Below are positions 37,860-50,256 of a stretch of DNA of 64,000 nt, piece after piece. The position numbers and the translations under genes are program-made. Source of the DNA: Azolla caroliniana (Eukaryota > Plantae > Polypodiophyta); NCBI GenBank assembly GCA_043228905.1, contig JBHGNT010000003.1, positions 14,384,001 through 14,448,000 on the forward strand, written 5' to 3'. The notes beneath the pieces are model-generated. The model searched no databases, was not told the origin of the DNA, and was given only the letters and a program-made list of their open reading frames with translations. How positions within the stretch are numbered: the stretch's first letter is position 1; each line of letters opens with the position of its first letter.

Positions 37860-38688
37860 TCGGAAAAAGGCATGGTTTTTTCTAGTACTCAGTTAAGATT
37901 GGACGACACATTTTGGCAACTCAAAGTAGGACTACACCACGAGCTAGTCAATTTTGGACCCATCAAGGGGTCACATCCGAATTCTTGGCAACTTTTGGAG
38001 GACATTATGGGCAAGGAAACACGATATGAAAATAAATGTCTTCCAATGTCTAGTAATACATAAAGCATTACTAGTCGGTCAATGGTTGCAACAATCAAGT
38101 GGACCAACTGCATGCATCTATTGTAGTTTCCAGATGGAGACATTGAAACATTGCTTGTGGGAATGCCATGTTGCACAACAAGTTTGGAGAAGAGTGTTCC
38201 AAATTCTAACCTTTATGTGTAGGGATGGTGGTTTTTCATGGGGTATGGTAGTATGGGTTATGATAGCACAAATGATGTGGCTATATGAGGCATGTCCAAA
38301 TGATACGATTCTTAGAATTCAAAGAGGAAGGATAAGGTTGGTGCATCGAAGTCATATGGAAATTCCTTATATGTTAATGAGAATGCAAGAGGTATGGGAG
38401 TTGCTAGGCACCACCACAATGTGGTTTATTTGGATTGCCAGATGTTCTAAGGTGTTTAATAATACTATTGTTCATCCCGTGGAAAGTGTACAAAACTTCA
38501 GGATGCATATGGTGTATACCGTGAAAGGGCGGTATGATGAAATTAAAGGTGAGACATATGATGCAGTGTTGCAATGTCTCCAATTTATTGCCTATTGGAA
38601 TAAGGGCCCTTTTCTCACACTACAAAATGTGAGACCCATGTGGTTCCTAACACCACCAATATTGTTGTTCCCACCACCAATTACATAA
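37860..38688 (+). mobile_element. L1-type LINE ORF2 3' fragment (zf-RVT zinc-binding domain)
   Basis: CIYCSFQMETLKHCLWECHVAQQVW and MWFIWIARC motifs in ORF 37954-38688. Confidence 0.82.
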
Positions 38689-38797
38689 CTAGGTTGTTGA
38701 GTGGTCTATACTTTAGGGATAGAGACCCATGGAAGAGTGCAACATATCAAGGGAAGCTTGATGGTAGGTCAACAGTCTTGTAACAACTGTTTATAAC

Positions 38798-39178
38798 TGT
38801 TGAGAATCAAGCTCAACTTGGTCTAGTGTGTGAACTCACCTTAAGAGTGAAGAGACACTCCAACGGTCAAGAGTCACCATTATGTCACCACTTTGTATTC
38901 TAGCATTTAGTATGAGTCATAGAATCATATTCTATGACACGTAACTTATGAGCTTTCACATTCCCCATGCTCCATGAGTCTTGTAGTTAATGAAGAGAGA
39001 GGGTGACTACATAAAGCACCCTCCTCCCACCTTGTATAATGTTAAGTCTTTTTCCTTTGTCAATATACTTTTACCTTGTGTATTCTTTCTGTTTCACTCT
39101 CTCACTCTCTCTCTCTTACACACACACATAACTCACATCTCTTCCGCTTCACAAGAATCCATCTCTTGATTCTTTACA
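38798..39178 (+). repeat. Solo LTR related to copia family F
   Basis: Starts TGTTGAGAATCAAGCTCAACTT; shares ATAAAGCACC(C/T)TCCTCC and the TTCTTTACA end with 36756-37580. No clear TSD. Confidence 0.72.
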
Positions 39179-39337
39179 CACACACATAATGAAAGGATAT
39201 TCTTTGGAAAAAAGTAAAAAAATGATATGTACCTTTAAGACTTTCCCCCTAAAGAATAATTAAAGCAATAGCTAATTAGTTATAAGCTTTCTAGCTACAT
39301 GTTACCTATAATAGTGTTTCCATTGTGATGCTTTCAC

Positions 39338-39375
39338 ATGTATGTGTATGTGTATATGTGTATGTGTATGTGTAT

Positions 39376-39434
<59 letters not shown>

Positions 39435-39462
39435 TGTGTATGTGCATGTGCATGTGCATGTG
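39338..39462. repeat. Compound microsatellite (TGTATG)n(TG)n(TGCATG)n
   Basis: Directly visible. Confidence 0.97.
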
Positions 39463-40899
39463 CAATCCTAACCCTAATAATGTGGATGTAAATTTTTATG
39501 TGCGTGTGTGTGTAATTTATCCCTAATCCTAACCTGATGAATAACTTGAAGTTGGGGAAGAGGGTCACCCAGCGTCTCTCTATTGCATATTGATGGTGAC
39601 AAAGCTTGAGGGCATATGAAAAGGGTCATTTTGAATCCCCCTTTTCTTATATATTTTTAAATTTTTTTTTTAAATGTGCTTCAGAAATATTGCACCTCGC
39701 ATTCTTATATATTGTAGGGTGGAAACCTTGCGGAACTTGTGCATTTGTTGCTATGTGATGTATGTCTTTTGCATCACTATGCAACATGTTTTTAAAAATT
39801 GGTGTAGCTAAAGCTTTTGTTTGTTGTGTTGTTGTGTATCATACTTTTCGGAGAAGTGCTTGGACATGGGATTAATTTTGGAGCCATTGTTGATTAGTGC
39901 CAACACTTTCTCTTTAGCATTTCTAATTCACACTAGAGTTTTTATTCTCAGCCTCAATCAATGTGACTCAATATTCTAGCTTTTGACATATTCTTTGTCA
40001 ACTTCAAACCCTTCAGTTGTGATGGCACTTGTAAATGTGCTTATGGTCCTCATTCCTTCTACCTCAATGGAGTGCATCTTCATTTTCATGAGGTTGACCT
40101 GATAACATCATGGAGCCTTTTTGTGATCCCAAGGATTTCGCATAGCGCAAAGTCCACATGCACTCTAGGTCTATGTACTATTAAATTTTTGTAAGAAGTT
40201 TAAATGTTGGCCATCTTTGTCTTTTCCTTTTTTGATCATCATGCACTCCACTCTTTGTTGCTCCCTTCTTCTAGCTTCTCATATATCATGTTTTTGGAAG
40301 GGCTTACTATTCATTTATTTTTTTTGTCATGAGGACGTCATTATTTTGGCAAACAATTTCCACAATGCTTGCCTTCTATCAGGTCCTCTCATCCAATTTC
40401 CATCTAGAATATTTAATCAACCTCTTGTGCATCGTCTATATAAAGATTCCCTTTCACAAAGCTTACCACAACTACTAACCAAAACATAGTTTCACGGGAA
40501 TTCAAGTTTCAAGTGTCATTGTCAACTCTAGTCCAACAAAAGGGGAATAGTATGTAGCATTAACACTTCTTCTTTCAACTTCCTCCATGAGTATCTTTGT
40601 ACCACCTAAAGTTTGTGTTCAACCACCCCATTTCCGATTTATGGGTCCAACTGTCATTATTTTCTTAGATAATCTTCTCATTTATAGCCGTACTTTGGTA
40701 AAACATTAAATTCATGTTTGTCTTGAATTATAAACATTAATGACATATATTTCTATGTTGAAATGTTGAAATGTGACTATCACAAAGGATCAATACGTAT
40801 TTGGAACATTTAATTACCATTCAAAGTGTTCCCTTCTTGACTAAAGTATGTGAAATTTTGGTCTTATTACTCATAATGTCTAGGACTTCATTCATTCCT

Positions 40900-41800
40900 T
40901 TGTTTTTGTTAATTTTTCACAAAAAAACTTGTTGTAACATTTCGAATTGTGTGCACCATTTATTGATCTTTTGAAAGGTCAAAAGCTTAAGTCTACTAGA
41001 CCAATTTCTTGGAATGACCATTTAGAAGAATCTTTTATAATTCTAAAGGAAAAAATACGCATTGTTCCAATACTTAGGTTGCTTAACCCTTCGAAACTTG
41101 AAGCACCTCCTCCAAACCTTCCATGCAAGGACAATGATACTATTGGTAAATACATACTCAATGAATCCTTTCTTTCTTGTTTTTGGTCCAAAGTTCAAAT
41201 TGAGTCTAGTATTTACACAATTAGTGTCCTTTTGCGAAGATGGAAACATATTCCTTTGGAAAGTAAGAAATCCGATGTCTAATCAAGGGAAAAACACTTA
41301 TTGTCGTCTTTAACAAAACTCCTTAGATTTTGCTTATAACATCTCTAAACATACTTCAATCAGACATAATCCTTTTATAATCATGAATAGTTTTCATCAA
41401 TGAGCCCTCACAATGTTAATATTCATCGAGATGAATAAAAGAGCACACAAATTGTTTCTAGTGATAACATGAAATGTTGCATAACAGAGAAGACAACATA
41501 AAGGGTACTCAAGATAGAGAACATTTTAATACCAACCATAATAAATATCCTTGTGTTCTTAACCCTCTTAAAAAATTCTTCTATGTACATCCAAATTCCA
41601 AAACTTTATTTATGGGTAATTACGTTAAATTAGCCCCAGACAATTGTGGACCTATAATAATCCTAAAGCATATTGGTTCACTTGCGCAACTTCTTGATCT
41701 TCCTAAGATGTCACATTGATGTTATTCTTCATGTTAATCACAAGAAAGAACTTCTTAGTTCCAACAATAAAATTGTAACCATCACAGTTTGACATGTACA
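40900..41800 (+). pseudogene. Highly degraded family A-like gypsy pol remnant
   Basis: LLKGQKLKSTRPISWN (cf. LLKGQTRKSTKPIVWN at 3346) and KLAPDNCGPIIILKHIGS (cf. KLAPQYCGPFEILKRVGS). Confidence 0.75.
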
Positions 41801-42566
41801 TGATATTAGTGATATTCATAATATTCGAGAATAAAAAATGGCCCCATGAATATTATAAAACCATTTGTTTTAAATTTACATAATAAAAATTAATTAATTC
41901 ACTAAAACATTAATTAATTTACTAATAATTAATTTATTAGGGTTTCAACAAAATCTAGAGTTTGTAGGCCCTAACAGGATGTAGGCGCCACTTAGAGGAT
42001 GCAAGGGGAGGTGAGGATAGAAACCTAGAAGAGGAAACATGGTCGAAATCAAGGTTTCGACTAAAATTAGGGTTTTTCGCCAAAACACTAATCTATAGGC
42101 TGAGAATAGGATGTAGGGGGAGGTGAGGGTGTAATCATCACGCACAGTATGCAAGGTGAAGCTTCTTCGTTGGTGGTTTGTTGTTGTTCACTCGCCTCTG
42201 AAAACAAATGAAAACGGATAATTATACTTTGTATTTGTATTCACATTCCATAAAAGATCTGGTAAAATATTCGATTTTTGCTTTTAAAGCTCATTTCCCC
42301 AAAAAAAGTTCTTGATGATCAAACTAAACATTTGAGATCTAAACAAACCGAAGAGTTCCAAATTAAATTATTGGATCAATTTGTGCATGATGGCACTTTA
42401 AGATAGAGTGTGTTATTAAATCAAACTTCCTTGCTTATGGTTTGTCATCACAAAAGTGCAATGTTTTGGAAACAGGGAGTATGTTATTGGCATAAGGGTA
42501 AATTCTCAAGCTGATTTTAATTATTTAAGGGTAGCACAACAGGGAAACTAACAATATAGGACTCAT

Positions 42567-44380
42567 TGTCGCGGAAGTCCGCGTGTACGTGTTGGATTGG
42601 GCAGGACCACGGGGGTCTTTGACTAGGGAGTCGAGATGAGTGGTTGAGAAGCGTTCGACGTTCTAGACGGCTTGGTTGCCGGGGACCTCAACGGAGCACA
42701 CGAGCTCGTGGGACCTGTATATACACGGTCACGGGATTCCAGAAAACTGAGCGCACGGGCTCTCAAAAAAAATGAGTAGATGTAGAATGGAGAACGAGAG
42801 AGACGACACCTCCCCAGAAACAGTAGATGAGATGCAGACATGGACACAACACATGACAGGGGGCAGAGAACACAGAAAGTATCCGGATACAACAAACTCG
42901 ATAACCATCAGAAAGAATGTACAAATAACCGCCGCCGGTCGGGAAATAGAGCCACGAGCTCAACAAAATACACCGACTGTTGAACCTCTCCTACGCGAGC
43001 AGAGGCCTCACCAACACCCAACCGAATAGACAGAGCAGAAACAGACACTCGACAACACAAACCAGCATCACTTCTCCCTCCAAAACGATGGGCCCCCAAA
43101 ACGGTCTTCCTCCCCTCCTTTTTTAGCTTAAGGAAGGTCGATTACATCAACATAAATGACAACCATTTCTATCAGCAATTCTCTCCCACGATTTCCTCCC
43201 ATCACACACTTTATTCCCCTCTTTTTGTGGGACATTAAAGTACCTATTCAAATCCTATTGTCTCTACTTATTATACTCTACTTATTTACATTTTTTTTAT
43301 ACAAAGGCCTTTCATGTGCAAATGTGCACATCCTCGTTCACATGCATCCAACGAGCTTTTCCTCCAGTAATTGGAATCCTCCATGACATCCACCCCACCA
43401 AACCACACATCCTCCGGCATGTGCCAGATAGTGAAGCAATGGGGATTCCGGTTCGATTCTTACTCATCCTCTTTCGATTCGTCGACCATCCGAACCTCAT
43501 CCGGCTCCTCGTCATCCTCGGCGTCTTCTTCCTCCACCTCCGGATCGAGTTCTGCCTCTTGTCACTTCCCCGCAACTGATACCGCTACCCTCGTCCCGTT
43601 GAGCTCTGCAAGGCGTTACGTGCCATTGTTGTTGACACTCATCACCACATACCAGCCAAACCACCGTCTTGTGAATTTTTGCGTCGACCGGTGCTGGTTG
43701 TCGAGGCTATTGTCATACAATAGCACCTAGTCACCTTCTTTTATCTTTGTCGGCCGCAGTCGGTGCGTTCGGTCAAATTGCCCTTTGTTCTTCAATCTCG
43801 CTTCCTTCACCTTCACCTTTGCTCGCTCACCTCTCAAGTTGTCGGATCCTTGCGGCCAACAACTCCTCTTGACTCATCTCTTCCACCTAGTCGACCGCTA
43901 TCAATGAAGTGATCGTTCGTTCCACTAGCATGATCGACTTTTGTCCAACATGAGCTCGGCCGACATATACCCTTTCACCGAACTAGTTCCATATTGGTCT
44001 GTCGCACATGCATACAATGGCCTTCACGATCAACCTGTGCCCCGTTTCGACCTTCCCATTGGTCTCCGGATTGTATGTCGTTGTGAGGAAGACCTTGACC
44101 CCTATTCAGTCGATCAACGTCGTAGCTTCGTGTGTGTCCAACTCCCCTCGGTCGGCCACTATCTTCCCTCCACACCCATACCGACGGCAGATCACATCCT
44201 CGATTAAGAACCAACACATGGCTACTGTTACAATAGTTTTGTTCATGAAGGCCCGTCCTTCCACACAGCTCGTCATGTCCTCTCTTGCCAGCAGTAGGTA
44301 CCTCATTTGGCCTACCCCCATCGACATTTGCCAGATTACCCCATCTCGTAGGAAGAACTTGTATGCCTTCTTGTGGTGAG
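42567..44380 (-). mobile_element. Ty3/gypsy family G: integrase remnant, PPT and 3' LTR (~42567-43208)
   Basis: LLLAREDMTSCVEGRA...EDVICRRYGCGGKIVADRGEL integrase core; on the minus strand a purine tract AAAAAGAGGGGAATAAAG precedes TGTGTG; the LTR ends CGCGACA. Confidence 0.7.
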
Positions 44381-44831
44381 TTATGTGTGGAAGCTTGTAG
44401 ACACAGCCAGCTCAGCCAGATAGCAACATAGACGAAGGTTTATTGGAAATATTTGAAAATGCATAGAGAACAAGGGAGAGACAAAGAGAGCAGAACACAC
44501 AATAATTCTATTTCAAAGTAACACTTTGCACATATTTATGTGCTCAGAGAGCACTTTTATACAAGTCCTTAAAAGGACTAACAGATTACCCCATCTCGTA
44601 GGAAGAACTTGTATGCCTTCTTGTGGTGAGTTATGTGTGGAAGCTTGTAGACACAGCCAACTCAGCCAGATAGCAACATAGACGAAGGTTTATTGGAAAT
44701 ATTTGAAAATGCATAGAGAACAAGGGAGAGACAAAGAGAGCAGAACACACAATAATTCTATTTCAAAGTAACACTTTGCACATATTTATGTGCTCAGAGA
44801 GCACTTTTATACAAGTCCTTAAAAGGACTAA
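44332..44831. repeat. 250-bp tandem duplication spanning a gypsy INT / copia LTR junction
   Basis: CAGATTACCCCATCTCG occurs at 44332 and 44582; CAGA microhomology; one substitution seen. Confidence 0.93.
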
Positions 44832-44910
44832 CAGAAGTACTGACATGTACTTCAATGCTCATAACTGAGTTGTTGACACTAACACCTAAAAATATGATTA
44901 CCTAGTAACC
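44385..44910 (-). repeat. Partial LTR of copia family D/E
   Basis: Reverse complement matches ~16345-16600 (GGAAGCTTGTAGAC, TTTTATACAAG, GTACTTCAATGC). Confidence 0.8.
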
Positions 44911-45570
44911 TGTTAGGAAACAGGTCCCTCTGGATGGCAAGTGAGAAGAACATTATTGATGAGCAAACTTGGTCGAGGCCGATAGGCCGAGGCTGAGAAC
45001 CGGATGTGGTGTACCCGGCAAGCATCGGATGAGGAGTACTTGGCTACGGAAGTACCCGGCAAGAGGAGGAGTACCCGGATGAGGAGTACCCTACAAGAGC
45101 TGGATGGTGAAGGCCCGGTGAGAAGTGCTCACCGGATGAAGGGACATATTTGTAAATATGTTTCTCAGAGTCCATCGGGGCTATATTTGTAAATAGCCGA
45201 AAAGTCATATTAGTATAAATATGACTTAGGGCAAACAGAGATGAGTGTGTGTGTTGTCATTCTTGTTGGTGCAAAATTAGAGTGTGCGACTGTGTATAGA
45301 GAGAGTGAGAGAGAGGAAGAGGTCGTTGCCTCTGATTGTAACCGCCGCCTGTGGCGAAGATAGCAAGCTCGAGGTCGTGGGCTCGGTGCTTTCTTATTGT
45401 ACATTCTGACATAGTGATAGTTTGCGGTCTGTGGGCTGCAGTGGTTTTTTCCCAAGTTTGGGTTTTCCACGTAAACATCCTTTGTACTCTTCTCTCTCTA
45501 TCGTGTTATGTTTCATTCCCTGTTTTTCCTGTGTTTTATTCTAGGCTCGGTTGTGGCCGAGCGTTGTTCA
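44911..45570 (+). repeat. Isolated LTR related to copia family H
   Basis: TGTTAGGAAACAGGTCCCTC start, ATATTTGTAAATAGCC, GGGTTTTCCACGTAAACAT and CTCGGTTGTGG are shared with 27575-28120. Confidence 0.82.
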
Positions 45571-45847
45571 TCGGGAGCGTGTAGTTCCTGTCATAACCTA
45601 GATATGTAGGACTCTAACGGCTTAGAGGTTCATGCGGATCCGCAAACCTCGACCTTTTCGGTCAGCTTGTCTGTGTTGTGGTGTGAGGACTTGTTGTATG
45701 TGTTCAGCAAAGTACACACAAAGTGGAGGCAAGAAGGTACAACAGAGGATAGACACAATTTAAGCTTTAATGGAAGCTTTGTTATTGCATTCGTTCTCTC
45801 TCTCTCTCTCGCAGAAACTCATACAAGAATGGCTCGGCCCAATTGTC

Positions 45848-48589
45848 CTATTGATAACTTAGGAAACACCGGAGATATTGCTCCAGCGTTTGGTTTGTTC
45901 GTTCCGCCTGCCCATCGGTCTGAGGATGGTAGCCAGAAGAGAGGTTGCAAGAGACCTTGAGCATCTTGAAAAGATGCTGCCAAAATTTGGAGACAAATTG
46001 CGGTCCTCGGTCCCTAATGATACTCTCTGGGAGGCCATGATGCCAAAATACCTCACGCATGACAAGGGCGGCGGTTTCCTCGCTAGTGATGGCCTTAGTA
46101 CACGGCACAAAATGTGCCATCTTCGTATATCGATCGACGACAGTTAAGATAGCATTGAACCCCTTCGAGACCGGTAGATCTGTGATAAAATCAAGACAAA
46201 TAGACTGCCACGGCTTACTTGGAATCGGTAAGGGTTCCAACAAGCCATATGGATGGTGTCGTGGCATCTTTGCTTGACAGCAAGCATCACAGGTCCGAAC
46301 GTAGTTGTCGACAAAACGACGCATGTGGGGCCACCAAAAAGATTGTTGCACTAGCTCCAACGTCTTAGTACTACTGAAATGTCCCGCCATATGGGTGTCA
46401 TGACAATGCTGGACGATTTGAAGGCGACAGGAGTAATCGGGGACATATACGTGCTTTTTAAAGAATAACAAACCATCATGATATTCGAATTGTCGGTAGT
46501 CAATACTTGGTTGTTGAGACTGAGAACGAGAGGACCGAGAAGTATCAATGTGCACCAGGATGTTTTGAGCAAAACTATCTGTCTTCAAGTTAGCACGTAT
46601 GTCATCGGTAATCCGTGAATCCATCGGGGTGTGAAAAATCCGCGTCGTGTGCAATCGTGTTGGTCCCAAGATTACTTGCTTTTGATTATCAAATGTTGGA
46701 TCACCAGGACGAGGTGCAAGATATGAACGTCGTGATAGTGCATCTACTTTTCCTTGTTGCTTCCACGGTCGATACGTGATTTTGAAGTCGAAACGCGTGA
46801 GGAATTGCGCCCACTGAGCTTGCCGTCGATTTAGTACGTGAGCATTCTGGAAATAAGCAAGATTTTTATGATCACTAAAGACAATGACCTGATGTGGAGA
46901 GCCCTCTAAGAAATGCCACCATTGCACAAATGAATCCATGATGGCTAATAACTCCTTGTCATGTATTTCATAGTTGATTTCCGCAACATCGAATTTGCGC
47001 AAATGGGAAGCCACAGGATGTAACTCTTCTTTATCTCCTTGTTGAGAAAGGATGCTACCGAGGGCGAAATCTGATGCGTCGGCCTCCATGATGAATGGTT
47101 TGCTTGTATCCACATGAGCTAGAATCGGTGCTGATGTAAAGGCTTTCTTAAGATGCCGAAAAGCCATATCTGCTTCAATGGACCAAAGAAATGCTTGGCC
47201 CTTCTTCGTAAGTTGTGTGAGAGGTAAAATAATCTTCGAGTAATCCTGTATAAACTTACAGTAAAAGTTAGCAAAACCTAGAAAACATTGTACATCTCGT
47301 ACCGACCGTGGAATTTGCCACTCTAGTACAGTTTGGACTATAGCTGGATCCATGGTGATGCCCTTTAAGGAGATGACGTAGCCTAGAAATTCCACTTGCT
47401 TGCAGTCAAAGCTACATTTTTCTAGCTTGGCATAAAGACCATTCTCGCAGAGTCGCTTTAGTACTAATAGTACATGAGAATCGTGCTCTTCCTGGGTCTT
47501 CGAATAAATCAATAGATCATCCAAATAGATGATCAAACTGATATCCAAGAGGTCTCTGAATATATCATTTGCCATGTGTTGGAAGACTGCGGGTGCATTG
47601 GTTAGGCTGAACGGCATAACAGTATACTCGAAATGCCCATACCGCGTGCGAAAGGCGGTCTTCCATTCATCTCCTGGTCGGATCCGCACGAGGTTATACG
47701 CTCGTCGTAGATCGATTTTGGTAAAAAACTTGGCACCATTAACTCGCTCTAAAAGACTTGATATAAGAGGAAGTCCATACCTATTCCGGATGGTGACCTT
47801 ATTCAATCCGCGGTAATCAACGACGAGACGAAGTGAGCCATCTTTCTTCTTGACAAAGAAGATGGGTGCACCGGCTGGAGATTTCGAACAATGGATGAAC
47901 CCGCTTGCCAAGTTCTCCTCTATGTAGGCTCGAAGGACTTCTAACTCGGTGGGTGACAAGTTGTAAATTGGTCCCCATGGTGGCTCGGTTCTTGATTGTA
48001 AATCGATGGGACAGTCATTGGGACGGTGATGAGGAAGGGTACCGGCTTTTACCTTGTCAAATACATTGGCATAAGGATGATATTTTGCCGGAAGTTGTAC
48101 TAAGGAGTCCTTCTTAATAGTGCTGGAAGGATGTGCTGATATTGCAAATAGGAACATTGCCTCCTTGTGTCCTTCTTCGCATAATTGATGGATTGAAATG
48201 GTCGAAACTCGGTGAGTAGATTCTTGGGGTGGTCGATATCGGACTTCTCTTGTTCTCCAATCTATGGCTGGATTATGTAATTCAAACCAAGATAATCCTA
48301 GGACAATGGGATCCTCGGGACTACTAATTATATTAAATGATAATACACACACAAAACTACCTAGGACAACCTGAATGGGTTCTGATTCTTCTACAATATT
48401 CCCGGAAGCAATGGAACGACCATCAATGACTACTACAAATGCGGGACAAGGAAGTTTTCTTAAGGATATCTGAGAAGCTTGGGCAAAATTTCGATCCATG
48501 AAACAGGAATTAGCTCCGGAACCTAAAAGTGCTAGGACGGGTACTGGGGGAGTACTTTTAGTACTAACAATGACTTGGGCTAGGAACAC
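45848..48589 (-). CDS. Pol polyprotein (PR-RT-RNase H-INT), 913 aa open but defective
   Basis: Protease LLGSGA (catalytic D replaced by G), RT IYLDD, RNase H DASDFALG...HDKELLA, INT HHCC/LDFITDLP/HPQTDGQAER; ends prematurely. Confidence 0.88.
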   Translation of the reverse strand: MFLAQVIVSTKSTPPVPVLALLGSGANSCFMDRNFAQASQISLRKLPCPAFVVVIDGRSIASGNIVEESEPIQVVLGSFVCVLSFNIISSPEDPIVLGLSWFELHNPAIDWRTREVRYRPPQESTHRVSTISIHQLCEEGHKEAMFLFAISAHPSSTIKKDSLVQLPAKYHPYANVFDKVKAGTLPHHRPNDCPIDLQSRTEPPWGPIYNLSPTELEVLRAYIEENLASGFIHCSKSPAGAPIFFVKKKDGSLRLVVDYRGLNKVTIRNRYGLPLISSLLERVNGAKFFTKIDLRRAYNLVRIRPGDEWKTAFRTRYGHFEYTVMPFSLTNAPAVFQHMANDIFRDLLDISLIIYLDDLLIYSKTQEEHDSHVLLVLKRLCENGLYAKLEKCSFDCKQVEFLGYVISLKGITMDPAIVQTVLEWQIPRSVRDVQCFLGFANFYCKFIQDYSKIILPLTQLTKKGQAFLWSIEADMAFRHLKKAFTSAPILAHVDTSKPFIMEADASDFALGSILSQQGDKEELHPVASHLRKFDVAEINYEIHDKELLAIMDSFVQWWHFLEGSPHQVIVFSDHKNLAYFQNAHVLNRRQAQWAQFLTRFDFKITYRPWKQQGKVDALSRRSYLAPRPGDPTFDNQKQVILGPTRLHTTRIFHTPMDSRITDDIRANLKTDSFAQNILVHIDTSRSSRSQSQQPSIDYRQFEYHDGLLFFKKHVYVPDYSCRLQIVQHCHDTHMAGHFSSTKTLELVQQSFWWPHMRRFVDNYVRTCDACCQAKMPRHHPYGLLEPLPIPSKPWQSICLDFITDLPVSKGFNAILTVVDRYTKMAHFVPCTKAITSEETAALVMREVFWHHGLPESIIRDRGPQFVSKFWQHLFKMLKVSCNLSSGYHPQTDGQAERTNQTLEQYLRCFLSYQ

Positions 48590-49673
48590 ATTGCTAACTT
48601 GCTTGGAAGGAATGGAACCACTAATGGGCTATACAAATCTAGGGCTACTGTCGAACCAAACGGCTCCTATTTTGGCTAGACTCAATCGTTTAACTCTTCA
48701 TCTAATTGACTAAGGATTTCAAATTTGTTTGAGATACTTGGGCTATTAGTACTATGAATACTATCTTACACTCTATTAGTACTATTAATACTATCATACA
48801 CTTCGAAGGGAAGAATTGACTCGGGTTTAGTACAGGCGACGATTTGATTTACCTATCTTTTTGGCCTATGGGGACAATTGATGGCGATATGCCCTGGTCC
48901 ACCGCAATAAAGACATAATCGATTGGCACGTCGTCGTTGCTTTTCTTCTTCCGATAATGGGTAACTGACGTTCCGAACGCCGTTCGAAAAGGCAATTGTC
49001 GCATCGGACCGCACGACTGATTGCCTCCGTAAGAGACTTTGGTTCTTCGGGGAAGGTTAAAAGCAAGTCTTTGACATCATTGCGCAAGCCATAGAGAAAC
49101 TGTTCCATGAGGGCCTGATCATCCCAGGGGATATCTGAGGCGAGTAGATGGAAATCCGCCGCGTAGGCAGAGGCTGGACGATCTCCTTGACGCAATCTTC
49201 GGATCTTGTTGATCACCGTCCTGATGTTGTCGATATCTCCAAAGCAGGCTTTAAACTCACCAATAAAATCTTCAAAGTTATTTAGCAAGGGCGATTGTTT
49301 TTCTAGAAGCGGAGCGAACCATGCCAAGGTTGAGCCGCTAAGTAACTAGCCTATTAGGCCGACTCGAGATGCATTAGTGGGATATCGGGAAGGATGTATC
49401 TGGATGACTAAGTGTACCTAATTAAGGAATCCCCAGAATTGCGATCGCGTTCCATCAAATTTCACAAGAAGTCCAATCTTGGGCTCTTTATGAAATCCTT
49501 GGGGACTTGATCCTTGTTGTTGCAACGCTGCTTCGAGTTGTTGTACCCGTAACGCTAACTCCCCATGTTGTTATTGTGTTTGTTGTTTTTCTAGAGCGAT
49601 TTGTTGCAGATCCCCTATCAACCATTGGTTTTCTTGTTCCAGGGCAACAAACTTTTCTTTTAGGCACTGTAGC

Positions 49674-50181
49674 TGTTACGGGCATGACCATATAATATCC
49701 CGTGGTGAGAATTGTCGTAGTATTCTATACACGTGGATAAGTGTGAGGGTTAAACAAAGAGTCTAAAGAAGGGGAGGATTACTTTTAATCCTCGGGATTG
49801 AGACAACCCATGAGGCCAAGTGTGAACATGGCTGGGGGCCTTGAGAATTACTATAAATAAGAGGCCTAGCTACCCTCATTTGGGGGCATGCATTGACTAC
49901 GTCGAGACTCTGTCCGTGAGTGGAACGACTCTTGTAGCAAGCGCGCTATCGTCCAGGTACGACTCGACGCCAAGGCGGTGGTATGGGACGCCGATCGAGG
50001 CTCGAGTCCGTCTCGATCCCTTCGCTCGGGGGTGGTCGGGTGGATCGGCACCCTTCTTTCTCTCTTTTCTCTCTATTCTTTCTAGTTCTATCATTGATAT
50101 ATCCTTATTTTATGCTTACTTTAGTACCTAATCTCTAATAGTAGCTCGGAGAAAACGGATTGATATTCTTGGGCGCTAACA
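49674..50181 (+). repeat. Solo LTR (508 bp, related to family A LTR) inserted at the Tcn1-like gag start
   Basis: TGTTA...TAACA; TSD GTAGC/ATAGC; TATAAATA-GAGGCCTAGCTACCCTCA and GGGGGTGGTCGGGTGGA are shared with the family A LTR. Confidence 0.88.
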
Positions 50182-50243
50182 ATAGCCATAGTATAGGAAA
50201 AAGGGTAGGAGGATGAGGGAGAACGACAAGTAGGCTGGAGGAA

Positions 50244-50256
50244 CAAATTGGTTCAA
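50244..50256 (-). other. Self-priming PBS TTGAACCAATTTG
   Basis: Starts 2 nt after the LTR; perfect 13-nt complement of LTR 50476-50488, ~32 nt downstream of the TATA at 50514-50520. Confidence 0.8.

Noticed and set aside
39302-39568. His/Thr- and Cys/Val-rich ORFs
   Set aside because: They are translations of the microsatellite.
39560-40900. Possible host gene or DNA transposon
   Set aside because: No recognisable motifs or coherent exon structure; left unassigned.
41940-42560. Telo-box-rich promoter of a host gene
   Set aside because: TAGGGTTT motifs are present, but no downstream coding exons could be identified.
45589-45845. 3' LTR of the Tcn1-like element
   Set aside because: It does not match the 5' LTR at 50259-50703 and the integrase is cut before it; probably an unrelated LTR fragment.
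48710-48852. Intron between gag and pol of the Tcn1-like element
   Set aside because: GT/AG sites exist, but the segment also reads as a gag C-terminus (SNKFEIL...ELND*), more consistent with a frameshift junction.
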